From Bacteroidota bacterium (GTDB taxonomy: Bacteria > Bacteroidota > Bacteroidia > Palsa-948): a stretch of DNA of 64,000 nt. Below the pieces are notes generated by a model, which did no database searches, was not told the DNA's origin, and saw only the letters and a list, made by a program, of their open reading frames with translations. Position numbers and translations under genes: made by a program. Positions 28,630-38,227 of the stretch are shown here, piece by piece (positions within the stretch are counted from its first letter, which is position 1; every line of letters starts with the position of its first letter). The stretch is taken from positions 2,989 to 66,988 of the forward strand of contig PLUL01000055.1 of NCBI GenBank assembly GCA_003164895.1, written 5' to 3'.

Positions 28630-29602
28630 AATCAATCAATTCTTTCTTTTTCTCAGATGAAGCAGAAGCTCTTTCAAGCGAGGTAATTGCTTTTTTATGA
28701 TATGAATTAATTTCTTCTTCCGTAATTTTTTTGATGTTCGCAAAATCGTAGATGCGCGTCACAGAATTGATTTTTTCTTCCGCATCCTTACCTTCGGTTG
28801 GTTTTATACTCATCCATTGCAATAATTCCTCGTTCATATATTGATTGGCTGAAGTAATATCCATTGCTTTCAGCAGAAGAAAAGTTTTTTTGTTTGCAAG
28901 AATATCACCGCCTTTTTGTTTACCGAATTTTTCTGCATCGCCATACACATCCAGCAAATCATCTTGAAGCTGAAACGCGATGCCGGTATTTTTTCCGAAC
29001 TCATATAGATTGTTTGCATCTTCTTGATGGGCACCTCCAATGAGAACTCCGATTTTCAGACAAGCGGCAAGAAGAACGGCAGTTTTTAATTCAATCATCT
29101 GAAAATATTGCTGAATTGAAATTTTATGTAGGTTCTCGTAATTCACATCCCATTGCTGCCCTTCACAAACCTTAATCGCCATTTGGTTGAAGATCGACAA
29201 AACAGAATCGAGAATTTTCGGAGGTAATTTACTTCGGCAAATGAGCTGATATGCTTTCACCATCATCACGTCACCGCTCAAGATGGCAGTAGGTGTGTTC
29301 CATTTTGTATGAACTGTTGGTTTTTTTCTGCGAAGCGGAGCATTGTCCATGATGTCATCGTGCACCAAAGTGAAATTATGGAGGAGTTCTATTGCAAGAG
29401 CCGGAGAAATTGCGTCAGACATTTTTCCACCAAACAGATCGCAGCCCATCAGCACAAACAACGGTCGAATTCTTTTTCCACCCATTGAAAGCATGTAACG
29501 AATAGGTTCGTATAATTCAGATGGAGGTAGAGAAAGTTCGGCAGAAAGTTTTTCTATCTCTTCGTTAATGGTTTGCTGAAAGTTTTTTATCATATCAGAC
29601 AC
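28598..29602 (-). CDS. Polyprenyl diphosphate synthase (FPP/GGPP-synthase type).
   Basis: First DDxxD motif LVHDDIMDN and second motif FQLQDDLLDVYGD. 334 aa. Last gene of the MMPL-rfbA-epimerase operon. Confidence 0.82.
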   Translation of the reverse strand: MSDMIKNFQQTINEEIEKLSAELSLPPSELYEPIRYMLSMGGKRIRPLFVLMGCDLFGGKMSDAISPALAIELLHNFTLVHDDIMDNAPLRRKKPTVHTKWNTPTAILSGDVMMVKAYQLICRSKLPPKILDSVLSIFNQMAIKVCEGQQWDVNYENLHKISIQQYFQMIELKTAVLLAACLKIGVLIGGAHQEDANNLYEFGKNTGIAFQLQDDLLDVYGDAEKFGKQKGGDILANKKTFLLLKAMDITSANQYMNEELLQWMSIKPTEGKDAEEKINSVTRIYDFANIKKITEEEINSYHKKAITSLERASASSEKKKELIDFTSALLQREV

Positions 29603-29612
29603 TGCCAGAAAA

Positions 29613-30557
29613 TTAATCTTTCAGAATAAAACTTGTGTTGCTGAGAATTCTTTTCAAACCTTCTTCCAGCGGAATAAAATCTCTTTGAAGAAGTTGTTTC
29701 ATTTTAGTTGCATCCGGCTGTCTGCGCGTCATATCTCCCTCGGGAAGTGCCGGCAGAAAAATAATTTTTGATTTGGATCCGGTGAGCTTAATAATTGTTT
29801 TTGCAAGATCAAGAATGGTCATTTCAATATCGCTGCCGATGTTCACCACATCATTCACGAACATATTTTTACTAAATGAATTATTGGTGGCTTCAACATT
29901 GTCATCCACAAAACAAAAAGTACGCGTTTGCTTCCCGTCTCCATAAACTTCAATATCTGCATTTTTCAAAGCGCGATTGATAAATTTAGAAATCACAAAA
30001 TCCTTACTTTGTTTTGGTCCATAGGTATTGAAAAAACGAAACACAGTGTAGTCGAGACCGAATTCCTGCTTGTATGATTTCAAATAAGCTTCGCCGATAT
30101 TTTTGACGATGGCATAAGGAAGGCGTGAATTCAACGGAGTGGTTTCTTCGTGCTGCGGAAGTTCAACAGGTTCTCCGTAAACTTCGGAAGAGGAAGAATA
30201 AACAACTCTTCTTACTCCTGTGCTTTTAGAAAGATTGAGAATATTTTTAATTCCCGAAACATCGTTAAGCACTTTCACAGGATTTGCCAGTGTGCGTTTT
30301 ACGCCAACCATTGCTGCATAGTGAAAAACATAATCAGGTTGGAAAGAGAAAAAAATATTTGAAATATCTTCAAAAATATTTACATCCGCTTTGATAAAAC
30401 GAATATTGTCGTGTTTTGAATTTGGAATTTTATCAATTGATCCGGTAGAGAGATCATCCACAATTACAATGTTATTGTTAGCATCTTCTGCCAGTTTTTC
30501 AGCAAGCGAACTTGCAATAAATCCTGCGCCTCCGGTTATTAAAATTTTTCTTGTCAT
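29613..30557 (-). CDS. NAD-dependent epimerase/dehydratase (extended SDR family nucleotide-sugar enzyme).
   Basis: Rossmann motif ILITGGAGFIASSL, catalytic SSSSEVYG and YAIVKNIGE (YxxxK). 314 aa. Confidence 0.82.
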   Translation of the reverse strand: MTRKILITGGAGFIASSLAEKLAEDANNNIVIVDDLSTGSIDKIPNSKHDNIRFIKADVNIFEDISNIFFSFQPDYVFHYAAMVGVKRTLANPVKVLNDVSGIKNILNLSKSTGVRRVVYSSSSEVYGEPVELPQHEETTPLNSRLPYAIVKNIGEAYLKSYKQEFGLDYTVFRFFNTYGPKQSKDFVISKFINRALKNADIEVYGDGKQTRTFCFVDDNVEATNNSFSKNMFVNDVVNIGSDIEMTILDLAKTIIKLTGSKSKIIFLPALPEGDMTRRQPDATKMKQLLQRDFIPLEEGLKRILSNTSFILKD

Positions 30558-30559
30558 GT

Positions 30560-31417
30560 TTAATCCAGATTTAAAAGATATTTTCCATAACCGCTTTTCA
30601 GCAATGGTTCGGCAAGTTTTTTCAATTGTTCTTTATTGATGTAACCCATTCGGAAAGCAATTTCTTCTATGCAACCAATTTTCAAATCCTGCCGTTCTTC
30701 GATTACTTGTACAAACTGGCTTGCCTGCATCAGCGAAGAAAAAGTTCCAGTGTCGAGCCAAGCGGTTCCGCGATCAAGAATTCCAACTTTAAGTTTTCCT
30801 TGCTTGAGATATTCCTTGTTCACATCCGTAATTTCATATTCACCGCGCGCGCTTGGTTTTAGTTCTTTGGCAATTTTAATCACCGAGTTGTCATAAAAAT
30901 ATAAACCAGGCACTGCATAATGAGATTTCGGTTGTTGGGGTTTTTCTTCTATGGAAATTGCTTTACCAGTTTTATCAAACTCCACAACGCCATAGCGTTC
31001 AGGATCTGAAACGTGATAAGCAAAAACAACACCGCCATCAGGATTTTGATGTTGCTTGAGCAACCTTCCAAGCCCAGCACCGTAAAAAATATTATCGCCA
31101 AGAACCAGAGCGACAGAATCATTTCCAACAAATTTTTCTCCTATAACAAATGCCTGCGCAAGTCCGTTTGGAACTTTTTGTTCTGCGTAAGAAAATTTAC
31201 ATCCAAGATTTTTTCCATCGCCCAACAATTTTTGAAAACTTGGCAAATCGTGAGGTGTGGAGATGATCAACACTTCGTTTATGCCAGCCATCATCAAAAC
31301 CGAAAGCGGATAATAAATCATCGGCTTGTCGTAAATGGGCATAAGTTGCTTGCTGATTGCCAGTGTGAGCGGATGCAACCGTGTGCCGGAACCTCCTGCT
31401 AAAATTATTCCTTTCAT
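30560..31417 (-). CDS. rfbA: Glucose-1-phosphate thymidylyltransferase.
   Basis: [39 protein letters not shown] and a close overall match to RfbA/RmlA. 285 aa. Confidence 0.9.
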   Translation of the reverse strand: MKGIILAGGSGTRLHPLTLAISKQLMPIYDKPMIYYPLSVLMMAGINEVLIISTPHDLPSFQKLLGDGKNLGCKFSYAEQKVPNGLAQAFVIGEKFVGNDSVALVLGDNIFYGAGLGRLLKQHQNPDGGVVFAYHVSDPERYGVVEFDKTGKAISIEEKPQQPKSHYAVPGLYFYDNSVIKIAKELKPSARGEYEITDVNKEYLKQGKLKVGILDRGTAWLDTGTFSSLMQASQFVQVIEERQDLKIGCIEEIAFRMGYINKEQLKKLAEPLLKSGYGKYLLNLD

Positions 31418-31429
31418 GTTAATTTGATA

Positions 31430-33835
31430 TTACTGATTATCGTTCTCTTCCTCATCTTCCTCCATTTCAATCAAAGGAGTTTCTAAAAGTTCTTTTGTTG
31501 TCAATCGTTTTTCAAGCGACAAAAGAAAACAAGGAAGAAGAATTAAATTTGAACAATATGCCATGAACAAAGTTATAGAAATTAGCAAACCGAGTGCGGC
31601 AGTTCCACCAAAACTGGAAGCGGTAAAAATTCCAAATCCACAGGAGAGAATGCAGGCAGTGTATATCATGCTCACGCCAGTTTCTTTTATCGTAAGAGAA
31701 ACACATTTTGAAATGCTGTTCGGAAAATGTTTAAACTCTTGCCTATATTTTGTGAGAAAGTAAAGTGTGCCATCGGATGAAATTCCAAACGCGATGCTGA
31801 AAATTAATATCGTACTTGGCTTCAGGTGAATGTCGAAAAATCCCATAAGTCCGGCAGTAATAATCAGCGGAACCAAACTCGGAATTACCGAAACAGAAAT
31901 CATTCTTGGCGACATGAACAGCGTATAAAGAACAAGCGCGATCAAAACAATTGCCAGCAAAACGCTTTCCAATAAATTTCCTACCAAAAATCCATTTCCT
32001 TCCATGAACATCAAACTGGTTCCGGTGGTTGCAATGTTGTAGCGCAAACTATCAGCTGCCCATTTATTTTCTTCGTAATCGTAATTGAAAACAGAGTCAA
32101 TCCGAGGACGTAATTCTTTTGTAAGCGATCTCATTTTAATTGAACCAATATCTGCCATTTGAACGCTTACGCGGGTGAAACGTTTTGTGCTGTCAAGAAA
32201 AGAACGAAAGCGTGATTGCTTTTCTTTTGCTTCAGAAGAATATTCGGAAATTTTCGCAAGGTCTAAATTTCCCGGAAGGATATAAAATTTCTTTTTCCCA
32301 TCGTTCATTGCCTGGTTCGAAAATTTTATCGCTTCCACTACAGAAAGCGGGCGAGTAAATTCATCGTATTTGGCAAGAAGTTTTTGCAGTTTATTTATTT
32401 TTCGGAGCGAACGTTCTTTCATCGCAAAGCCCTCTTTTTTCCCATCCACAACAATTTCAAAAGGAAGAACGCCTCCGAATTTTTCCTGAAAGAAAGTCAT
32501 GTCTTTATAAATAGGATGGTTTTTCGGCAAATCATCCACCACATACCCAAGCACAACTATTTTTGTTATTCCGTAAAATGAAACAATCATAATAATTGAA
32601 ACGATCGTGTAAACCAATTTCCGGTGATGATGAACCAGATAATCAACTTTCTCCAGAATTCTTGCAAGCGGTTTTCGTGAAAGGTGTTGCGTATGTTTAT
32701 CGGAAGGCGGTGCAAAAAAACTAAAGATGACAGGAATAAGCAGCATGGAAATCGCGTATGTCGCCATCACATTTATTGAAGCCACCAATCCGAATTGAAA
32801 AAGTATTTCAGTTTTTGTGAAACAAAAAACCGCAAATCCGATGGAAGTGGTAACATTTGCAAGAAAAAGTGAGATGCCGATTTTTTCCACCATTCGTGAA
32901 AGTGCAAGTCCCTGATTTTTATGACGCGAATATTCAATATGATATTTATTCAAAAGCAAAATGCAATTCGGAATTCCGATGATGATGAGAAGCGGAGGAA
33001 TCAATCCGATCAAACTCGAAATTTTATAACCGAAAAGATCCATGCAGCCGAACGACCAGGTTACTCCCACGCACACCACCAGAATAGAAAAAATTACCGG
33101 AAGCAGTGAACGAAAAACCAGCGACAAAATAATAGTGGTTACCAAAAGCGCGAGGCACATGAACAAAACCATTTCGTGCATGATGGTGCGCGCAATTTGT
33201 GTGCGTATATAAGGAAGACCGGAAAAGTGAATTTTATTTTTCAGTTCCGGATGCTGTGCAAGGAAAATATCCGAAGCGCTGCGGATATCATCCACAATTG
33301 CAAGCCGAGCTTTTGAATCCAGTTCTTTTTGCTTGAATGTAATCGCCATGATGTGCGTGTGCGATTTTTTTTCGAACACAAATCCTTCGTAGAACGGAAG
33401 ATTCTCTATCACGTTTCGGATGCTGTCAACTTCCGGTTGTGAAGTTGGTTTTTTCGTAATAACAGGATTGAATTCAAATTTTCGAAGCGAATCGTTTTTT
33501 GTGAGATTATAAATTCGTGCAACCGAAACGACTTCTGAAATGCCTTTAATGTTTTTTATTTTGTAAGTGAGATCGTACCAGTCGTTGAATTTTTGCAGGT
33601 GGTAAAAACTGCTGTCTTCGATGCCGATTACCATCACGGCTCCGTCTTTTCCAAAAAGTTTTATGAAATTATCGTACTGTATGCTCGTGCTGTCATCTTC
33701 AGGCAGCAGGCGCGGAAATTCATATTGAACTTCCACCTTACTTGCATGCCAGCCCATGAATGCGGTGATGCCAGCCAGCACAAGAATGATAGCGATGCGG
33801 TTTCTAAGAATATTGCGTGCAAGGAATTTCCACAT
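31430..33835 (-). CDS. MMPL/RND-superfamily exporter (HpnN-like lipid transporter).
   Basis: 801 aa with two 6-TM bundles, each preceded by a large extracytoplasmic domain; the architecture is SSD/MMPL-like. Acidic C-terminal tail. Confidence 0.75.
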   Translation of the reverse strand: MWKFLARNILRNRIAIILVLAGITAFMGWHASKVEVQYEFPRLLPEDDSTSIQYDNFIKLFGKDGAVMVIGIEDSSFYHLQKFNDWYDLTYKIKNIKGISEVVSVARIYNLTKNDSLRKFEFNPVITKKPTSQPEVDSIRNVIENLPFYEGFVFEKKSHTHIMAITFKQKELDSKARLAIVDDIRSASDIFLAQHPELKNKIHFSGLPYIRTQIARTIMHEMVLFMCLALLVTTIILSLVFRSLLPVIFSILVVCVGVTWSFGCMDLFGYKISSLIGLIPPLLIIIGIPNCILLLNKYHIEYSRHKNQGLALSRMVEKIGISLFLANVTTSIGFAVFCFTKTEILFQFGLVASINVMATYAISMLLIPVIFSFFAPPSDKHTQHLSRKPLARILEKVDYLVHHHRKLVYTIVSIIMIVSFYGITKIVVLGYVVDDLPKNHPIYKDMTFFQEKFGGVLPFEIVVDGKKEGFAMKERSLRKINKLQKLLAKYDEFTRPLSVVEAIKFSNQAMNDGKKKFYILPGNLDLAKISEYSSEAKEKQSRFRSFLDSTKRFTRVSVQMADIGSIKMRSLTKELRPRIDSVFNYDYEENKWAADSLRYNIATTGTSLMFMEGNGFLVGNLLESVLLAIVLIALVLYTLFMSPRMISVSVIPSLVPLIITAGLMGFFDIHLKPSTILIFSIAFGISSDGTLYFLTKYRQEFKHFPNSISKCVSLTIKETGVSMIYTACILSCGFGIFTASSFGGTAALGLLISITLFMAYCSNLILLPCFLLSLEKRLTTKELLETPLIEMEEDEEENDNQ

Positions 33836-33880
33836 GATTTTATCAAATCAAAAAAGAACACAAAAATACAAAAGAGATAT

Positions 33881-33899
33881 TACAGCGAAACGAGAAAAT
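33881..33899. promoter_or_regulatory. Conserved 19-nt motif TACAGCGAAACGAGAAAAT (copy 1), lying 46 nt upstream of the MMPL operon start.
   Basis: It matches 18 of 19 positions of the second copy at 35427-35445, upstream of accB. Both copies are in the same orientation relative to the downstream minus-strand gene. Confidence 0.5.
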
Positions 33900-33950
33900 A
33901 AATTTTGAATTTGATCTTGAAAAGACAGATTTTATTCTAAAAAGGGAAAT

Positions 33951-34832
33951 TCAATCTACGTGCTCATTGCGCTCCACGTATTCAATAATTTTTCCGGCAA
34001 TATCCACCTTAGTTGCGCCTTCAATTCCCTGCAAGCCGGGAGAAGAATTTACTTCCATCACCAATGGGCCCCGATTGGATTGAAGCATATCTACACCTGC
34101 AATTCCCAGTCCGAGTTTTTTTGCTGCACGAATGGCAGTTGCTTTTTCTTCTGTGGAAAGTTCAATCGAGGTAGCTGTTCCTCCGCGGTGAAGATTGGAA
34201 CGAAAATCTCCTTCCACACCTTGACGCTTCATGGCGCCAATAATTTGTCCATCCACAACAAACACGCGGATGTCAGCACTTTTTGCTTCTTTCACAAATT
34301 CCTGCACCAGCAAATTCACTTTCACACCAAGAAACGCTTCGATAACTGATTTGGCAGAGTTGTGCGTTTCTGCCAGTATCACTCCGATTCCCTGCGTGCC
34401 TTCCAAAAGTTTCACCACCACAGGTGCACCACCGACTTGTTCAATAAGATTGTCAACGTATTTTGTGGTGGATGCAAAAGCGGATTTTGGCATTCCGATT
34501 CCTGCACGGGCTAACAATTGCAAACTTCTGAGTTTGTCGCGCGAACGCACCAACGCCTGCGATTCCACCGCGGTAAAAATTTTCATCATCTCAAATTGTC
34601 GCACCACCGCGGCACCGTAAAAAGTTACCGAAGCGCCAATACGCGGAATCACCGCACTCACACCTTTCACTTCTTGCTCACGATAAATAATATGCGGGCG
34701 GTTTTTCTCTATCACCAGCACGCACTTCGTATGATCAAGCACAAGCATTTCATGTCCGTGCTTTTCGCCCGCTTCAACGAGTCGTTTTGTAGAATAACAT
34801 TTCGGATTACAAGAGAGAATGACAATTTTCAT
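33951..34832 (-). CDS. rimK: Ribosomal protein S6--L-glutamate ligase (ATP-grasp).
   Basis: Near-collinear similarity to E. coli RimK: MKIVILS..., [61 protein letters not shown] and [13 protein letters not shown]. Confidence 0.9.
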   Translation of the reverse strand: MKIVILSCNPKCYSTKRLVEAGEKHGHEMLVLDHTKCVLVIEKNRPHIIYREQEVKGVSAVIPRIGASVTFYGAAVVRQFEMMKIFTAVESQALVRSRDKLRSLQLLARAGIGMPKSAFASTTKYVDNLIEQVGGAPVVVKLLEGTQGIGVILAETHNSAKSVIEAFLGVKVNLLVQEFVKEAKSADIRVFVVDGQIIGAMKRQGVEGDFRSNLHRGGTATSIELSTEEKATAIRAAKKLGLGIAGVDMLQSNRGPLVMEVNSSPGLQGIEGATKVDIAGKIIEYVERNEHVD

Positions 34833-34875
34833 TTTATGGGGATTAGCCGATTAGAAAAAAGATTTCACCGATTTA

Positions 34876-34896
34876 ATTCGTAACTCGTAATTCGTA
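34876..34896. repeat. Intergenic tandem heptamers ATTCGTA-ACTCGTA-ATTCGTA between accB and rimK.
   Basis: Direct reading of the sequence. The reverse complement, TACGAAT, is the unit of the array at 58428-58460. Confidence 0.75.
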
Positions 34897-34906
34897 CTTG
34901 ATAATT

Positions 34907-35389
34907 TTAATTTGGTTCAACCAAAAACAATGGCTGATCGTATTCAACCGGAGTGGTATCTTCCACCAAAACTTTCACGATCTTGCCTGAAAATTCAGAT
35001 TCAATTTCGTTAAAAAGTTTCATCGCTTCGATGATGCAGATGGTTTGCCCTTTTTTAATTTCATCCCCCACGTTTACAAATGCAGGTTTATCAGGAGCCG
35101 AGGAACGATAAAAAGTTCCAATCATTGGAGATTTTATAGTGATGAATTTTGAATCGTCAGCAACCGGAGCAGATTCTTGTTTTTTAGCAGGAGATTTTTT
35201 CTCAACTGGCACAGAAACGGTCGGTGCCGCTACCTGCATAGGCGCGTGCATGATGATTTGCTGTTGCTCGCCTCCATTCTTTCCGGGAGTTTTTATCGTG
35301 AGTTTTAATCCTTTGATTTCATATGTAACTTCGCTGGCTCCCGACTTAACAACAAACTTAATGAGCTCTTGAATTTCGGTTAATTTCAT
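34907..35389 (-). CDS. accB: Biotin carboxyl carrier protein (acetyl-CoA carboxylase BCCP subunit).
   Basis: C-terminal biotinyl domain with TICIIEAMKLFNEIESEFSGKIVKVLVEDTTPVEYDQPLFLVEP (E-A-M-K biotinylation motif) and an Ala/Pro-rich linker. I chose the ATG at 35389; the track start at 35416 is a TTG. Confidence 0.8.
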   Translation of the reverse strand: MKLTEIQELIKFVVKSGASEVTYEIKGLKLTIKTPGKNGGEQQQIIMHAPMQVAAPTVSVPVEKKSPAKKQESAPVADDSKFITIKSPMIGTFYRSSAPDKPAFVNVGDEIKKGQTICIIEAMKLFNEIESEFSGKIVKVLVEDTTPVEYDQPLFLVEPN

Positions 35390-35426
35390 ATTATAAAATA
35401 TTGAATTGCACGGCAAAGATATTATT

Positions 35427-35445
35427 TACAACGAAACGAGAAAAT
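35427..35445. promoter_or_regulatory. Conserved 19-nt motif TACAACGAAACGAGAAAAT (copy 2), lying 38 nt upstream of accB and directly abutting the marC stop.
   Basis: It matches 18 of 19 positions of copy 1 at 33881-33899. Confidence 0.5.
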
Positions 35446-36015
35446 CTATATATGAAGGTTGCTTCGGAATAATTTTACAGCGATCGCCATCAGGATAACT
35501 CCAAAAACTTTTCGCAAAATATTTATTCCTCCTGTTCCAAGAAGTTTTTCCAGCCAGTGCATATTTTTCAAAACGAGATAAACGAAAACAAGATTAATGA
35601 GTATGGCAATAATAATATTTTCCACTTCTTTGAATTCAGCGCGGATGGAAAGTAACGTGGTGAGCGTTCCGGTTCCGGCGATAAGCGGAAAAGCAATCGG
35701 AACCACACTAGCAGTAGCAGAAGAATCGTCTTTGTAAAATCGGATTCCGAGTATCATTTCTAGCGCAAGAAAAAAAAGAATAAGTGAACCGGCAATGGCA
35801 AAATCACTTACCGTGATACCGATAAGATGAAGGATGCTTTCACCTACAAAAAGAAAAACGATCATGATCGCTCCCGAAACCAGTGTCGCTTTGCCGCTGT
35901 GAATCTTTCCAACTTTGTTTTTCACATCAATTAATATCGGAAGCGAACCGATAACATCTATCACGGCAAATAAGATCATCGTGATGGTAAGAATATCTTT
36001 AATGGAAAAATTCAT
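35446..36015 (-). CDS. MarC-family (UPF0056/NAAT) integral membrane protein.
   Basis: 189 aa, 6 TM segments, N-terminal ILTITMILFAVIDVIGSLPILI typical of the MarC family. Confidence 0.78.
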   Translation of the reverse strand: MNFSIKDILTITMILFAVIDVIGSLPILIDVKNKVGKIHSGKATLVSGAIMIVFLFVGESILHLIGITVSDFAIAGSLILFFLALEMILGIRFYKDDSSATASVVPIAFPLIAGTGTLTTLLSIRAEFKEVENIIIAILINLVFVYLVLKNMHWLEKLLGTGGINILRKVFGVILMAIAVKLFRSNLHI

Positions 36016-36070
36016 AGGACAAAAATAGGAGAAAAAGAATTGGCATAGTGTTCACAAATAATTCTCATTT

Positions 36071-37633
36071 TTGCAGACTATGACACAAGAAGAACTTTTC
36101 AAGAATATTATTTCACATTGCAAGGAATACGGTTTTGTATTTCCATCTTCCGAAATTTATGACGGACTTGGTGCTGTGTATGATTACGGTCCGTTTGGCG
36201 TGGAATTAAAAAATAATATCCGCGAGTATTGGTGGAAATCCATGGTGCAAATGAACGACAACATCGTTGGACTGGATGCTTCTATATTCATGCACCCAAC
36301 AGTTTGGAAAGCCAGCGGACACGTGGATGCGTTCAGCGATCCGCTTATTGATAATAAAGATTCAAAGAAACGTTATCGTGCCGATGTTTTGATAGAGGAA
36401 CATATTTCAAAAATTGAAGCGAAGATTGAAAAGGAAGTTGAGAAAGCAAAAAAGCGTTTTGAAAATTTTGATGAGACGATGTTTCGTTCTACGAATCCGA
36501 GAGTTGTAGAAAATCAGAAAAAAATTGATGAGATAAATGCTCGTTTCAAGAATGCGCTGGAGAAAAACGATCTGGTGGAAGTAAAACAAATAATTATTGA
36601 CTGCGAAATCGTTTGCCCTGTTTCCGGAACAAGAAACTGGACAGATGTGCGCCAGTTCAATCTGATGTTCTCCACACAAATGGGTTCTGTTTCGGAAGAT
36701 TCAAATATTATTTATCTGCGACCGGAAACGGCTCAGGGGATTTTTGTGAACTTTTTGAATGTTCAACGCTCCGCAAGAATGAAAATCCCTTTCGGCATTG
36801 CGCAGACGGGAAAAGCATTCCGAAATGAAATTGTTGCGCGACAATTTTTATTCCGCATGAAAGAATTTGAACAAATGGAAATGCAGTTCTTCGTTCGACC
36901 GGGAGAAGAAATGCAATGGTATAACACATGGAAAGAAAAAAGGATCAAATGGCATCACGCGATGGGATTCGGAACGGAAAAATATCGTTTTCACGATCAC
37001 ATAAAACTTGCGCACTATGCAAATGCCGCCTGTGATATTGAATTTATGTTTCCTTTTGGCTTTAAAGAAATTGAAGGCATTCACTCGCGCACCGATTTTG
37101 ATCTGTCATCGCACGAAAAACATTCAGGAAAAAAATTGCAATATTTCGATTCCGAACTCAACAAAAGTTATGTTCCTTATGTGATAGAAACTTCCATCGG
37201 ACTTGACAGAATGTTTCTTGCGGTACTGGCTTCGGCTTTTGAAATAGAAAAATTAGATTCTGCAAATGCTGAAGGAGAAGGCAATGAAAGAACTGTTTTA
37301 AGAATTCCTCCTGCGCTTGCCCCTGTAAAAGTGGCGGTGTTCCCTCTCATAAAAAAAGACGGACTGCCCGAAAAAGCGATGGAGATATTCAACAACCTGA
37401 AACAAATTTGCCGTTGTTATTACGAGGAAAAAGACACCATCGGCAAACGTTACCGCAGGCAGGATGCCATCGGAACTCCTTTCTGCATCACGGTGGATCA
37501 TGAATCGCTGAAAGATAATTGCGTTACGCTGCGCCACCGCGATTCGATGAAACAGGAAAGAATTCCGATAGATAAAATTGCAAGTATTGTAGAAGAGAAA
37601 GTGAGTTTGAGGAATTTGTTGAGCAAATCTTAA
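36071..37633 (+). CDS. glyQS: Glycine--tRNA ligase (dimeric class II type).
   Basis: EELFKNIISHCKEYGFVFPSSEIYDGLGAVYDYGPFGVELKNNI N-terminus, class II motifs and an anticodon-binding C-terminus. 520 aa. Confidence 0.9.
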   Translation: MQTMTQEELFKNIISHCKEYGFVFPSSEIYDGLGAVYDYGPFGVELKNNIREYWWKSMVQMNDNIVGLDASIFMHPTVWKASGHVDAFSDPLIDNKDSKKRYRADVLIEEHISKIEAKIEKEVEKAKKRFENFDETMFRSTNPRVVENQKKIDEINARFKNALEKNDLVEVKQIIIDCEIVCPVSGTRNWTDVRQFNLMFSTQMGSVSEDSNIIYLRPETAQGIFVNFLNVQRSARMKIPFGIAQTGKAFRNEIVARQFLFRMKEFEQMEMQFFVRPGEEMQWYNTWKEKRIKWHHAMGFGTEKYRFHDHIKLAHYANAACDIEFMFPFGFKEIEGIHSRTDFDLSSHEKHSGKKLQYFDSELNKSYVPYVIETSIGLDRMFLAVLASAFEIEKLDSANAEGEGNERTVLRIPPALAPVKVAVFPLIKKDGLPEKAMEIFNNLKQICRCYYEEKDTIGKRYRRQDAIGTPFCITVDHESLKDNCVTLRHRDSMKQERIPIDKIASIVEEKVSLRNLLSKS

Positions 37634-37650
37634 TAAGGAAAATTTATCTC

Positions 37651-38160
37651 ATGCCGATGAATCCAGTAGCCAAAAGAGTACTTATCATTCTTGTTCCAAT
37701 ATTTATTTTAATGGGCGGAGGGTTGCTTTATTTTGGAATTATGCTCGCTCCTGGTTATGATGTGGATGCAGAAGAATATGAATTTAATGTTTCTGACTCT
37801 GAATTAATTCATGCTGTTGAACTTTTTAAAACCGAAAATTCAAAATATTGTCTGCCTTTTGAAACAGGATTAAAAGATGGTCGTGGAGATAATCCAGATA
37901 ATAATTTGTATTATCATGTGTATTTTTATTATCCTGAAGAAAATCAAATTGTGTACGGCTGGATTCGTCAAACTCCATATGTTAAAGAAACAAAAACAAC
38001 ATTTGCCTTTGTTGGAATAAATAGTAGTCTTCAATTAGGAAATTGGAGAGATATCAATAGAGATTTCACCAGAGCTGCAAATAAAGAGCAAATAAAGAAA
38101 TTTGAAGAAAGAATTTTATCTAAAATAGAAAGCCGTTTAGGAAAACGTCATCTGGACTAA
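37651..38160 (+). CDS. Hypothetical membrane-anchored protein.
   Basis: Single N-terminal TM segment (VLIILVPIFILMGGGLLYFGIML). No recognised domain. Confidence 0.4.
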   Translation: MPMNPVAKRVLIILVPIFILMGGGLLYFGIMLAPGYDVDAEEYEFNVSDSELIHAVELFKTENSKYCLPFETGLKDGRGDNPDNNLYYHVYFYYPEENQIVYGWIRQTPYVKETKTTFAFVGINSSLQLGNWRDINRDFTRAANKEQIKKFEERILSKIESRLGKRHLD

Positions 38161-38227
38161 AGCATATATTTTATCTTCACAATTTTTAACAACTGGCTTA
38201 AACTAACCATGTTTTATTTCGTTATTA

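Noticed and set aside
31440-31470. A GAA/GAG-rich repetitive stretch at the MMPL 3' end.
   Set aside because: It is a trinucleotide-type acidic tail (EMEEDEEEND), not part of the heptamer-array phenomenon.
35390-35416. A TTG-initiated 9-codon extension of accB.
   Set aside because: An in-frame ATG at 35389 gives the canonical BCCP N-terminus (MKLTEIQEL...).
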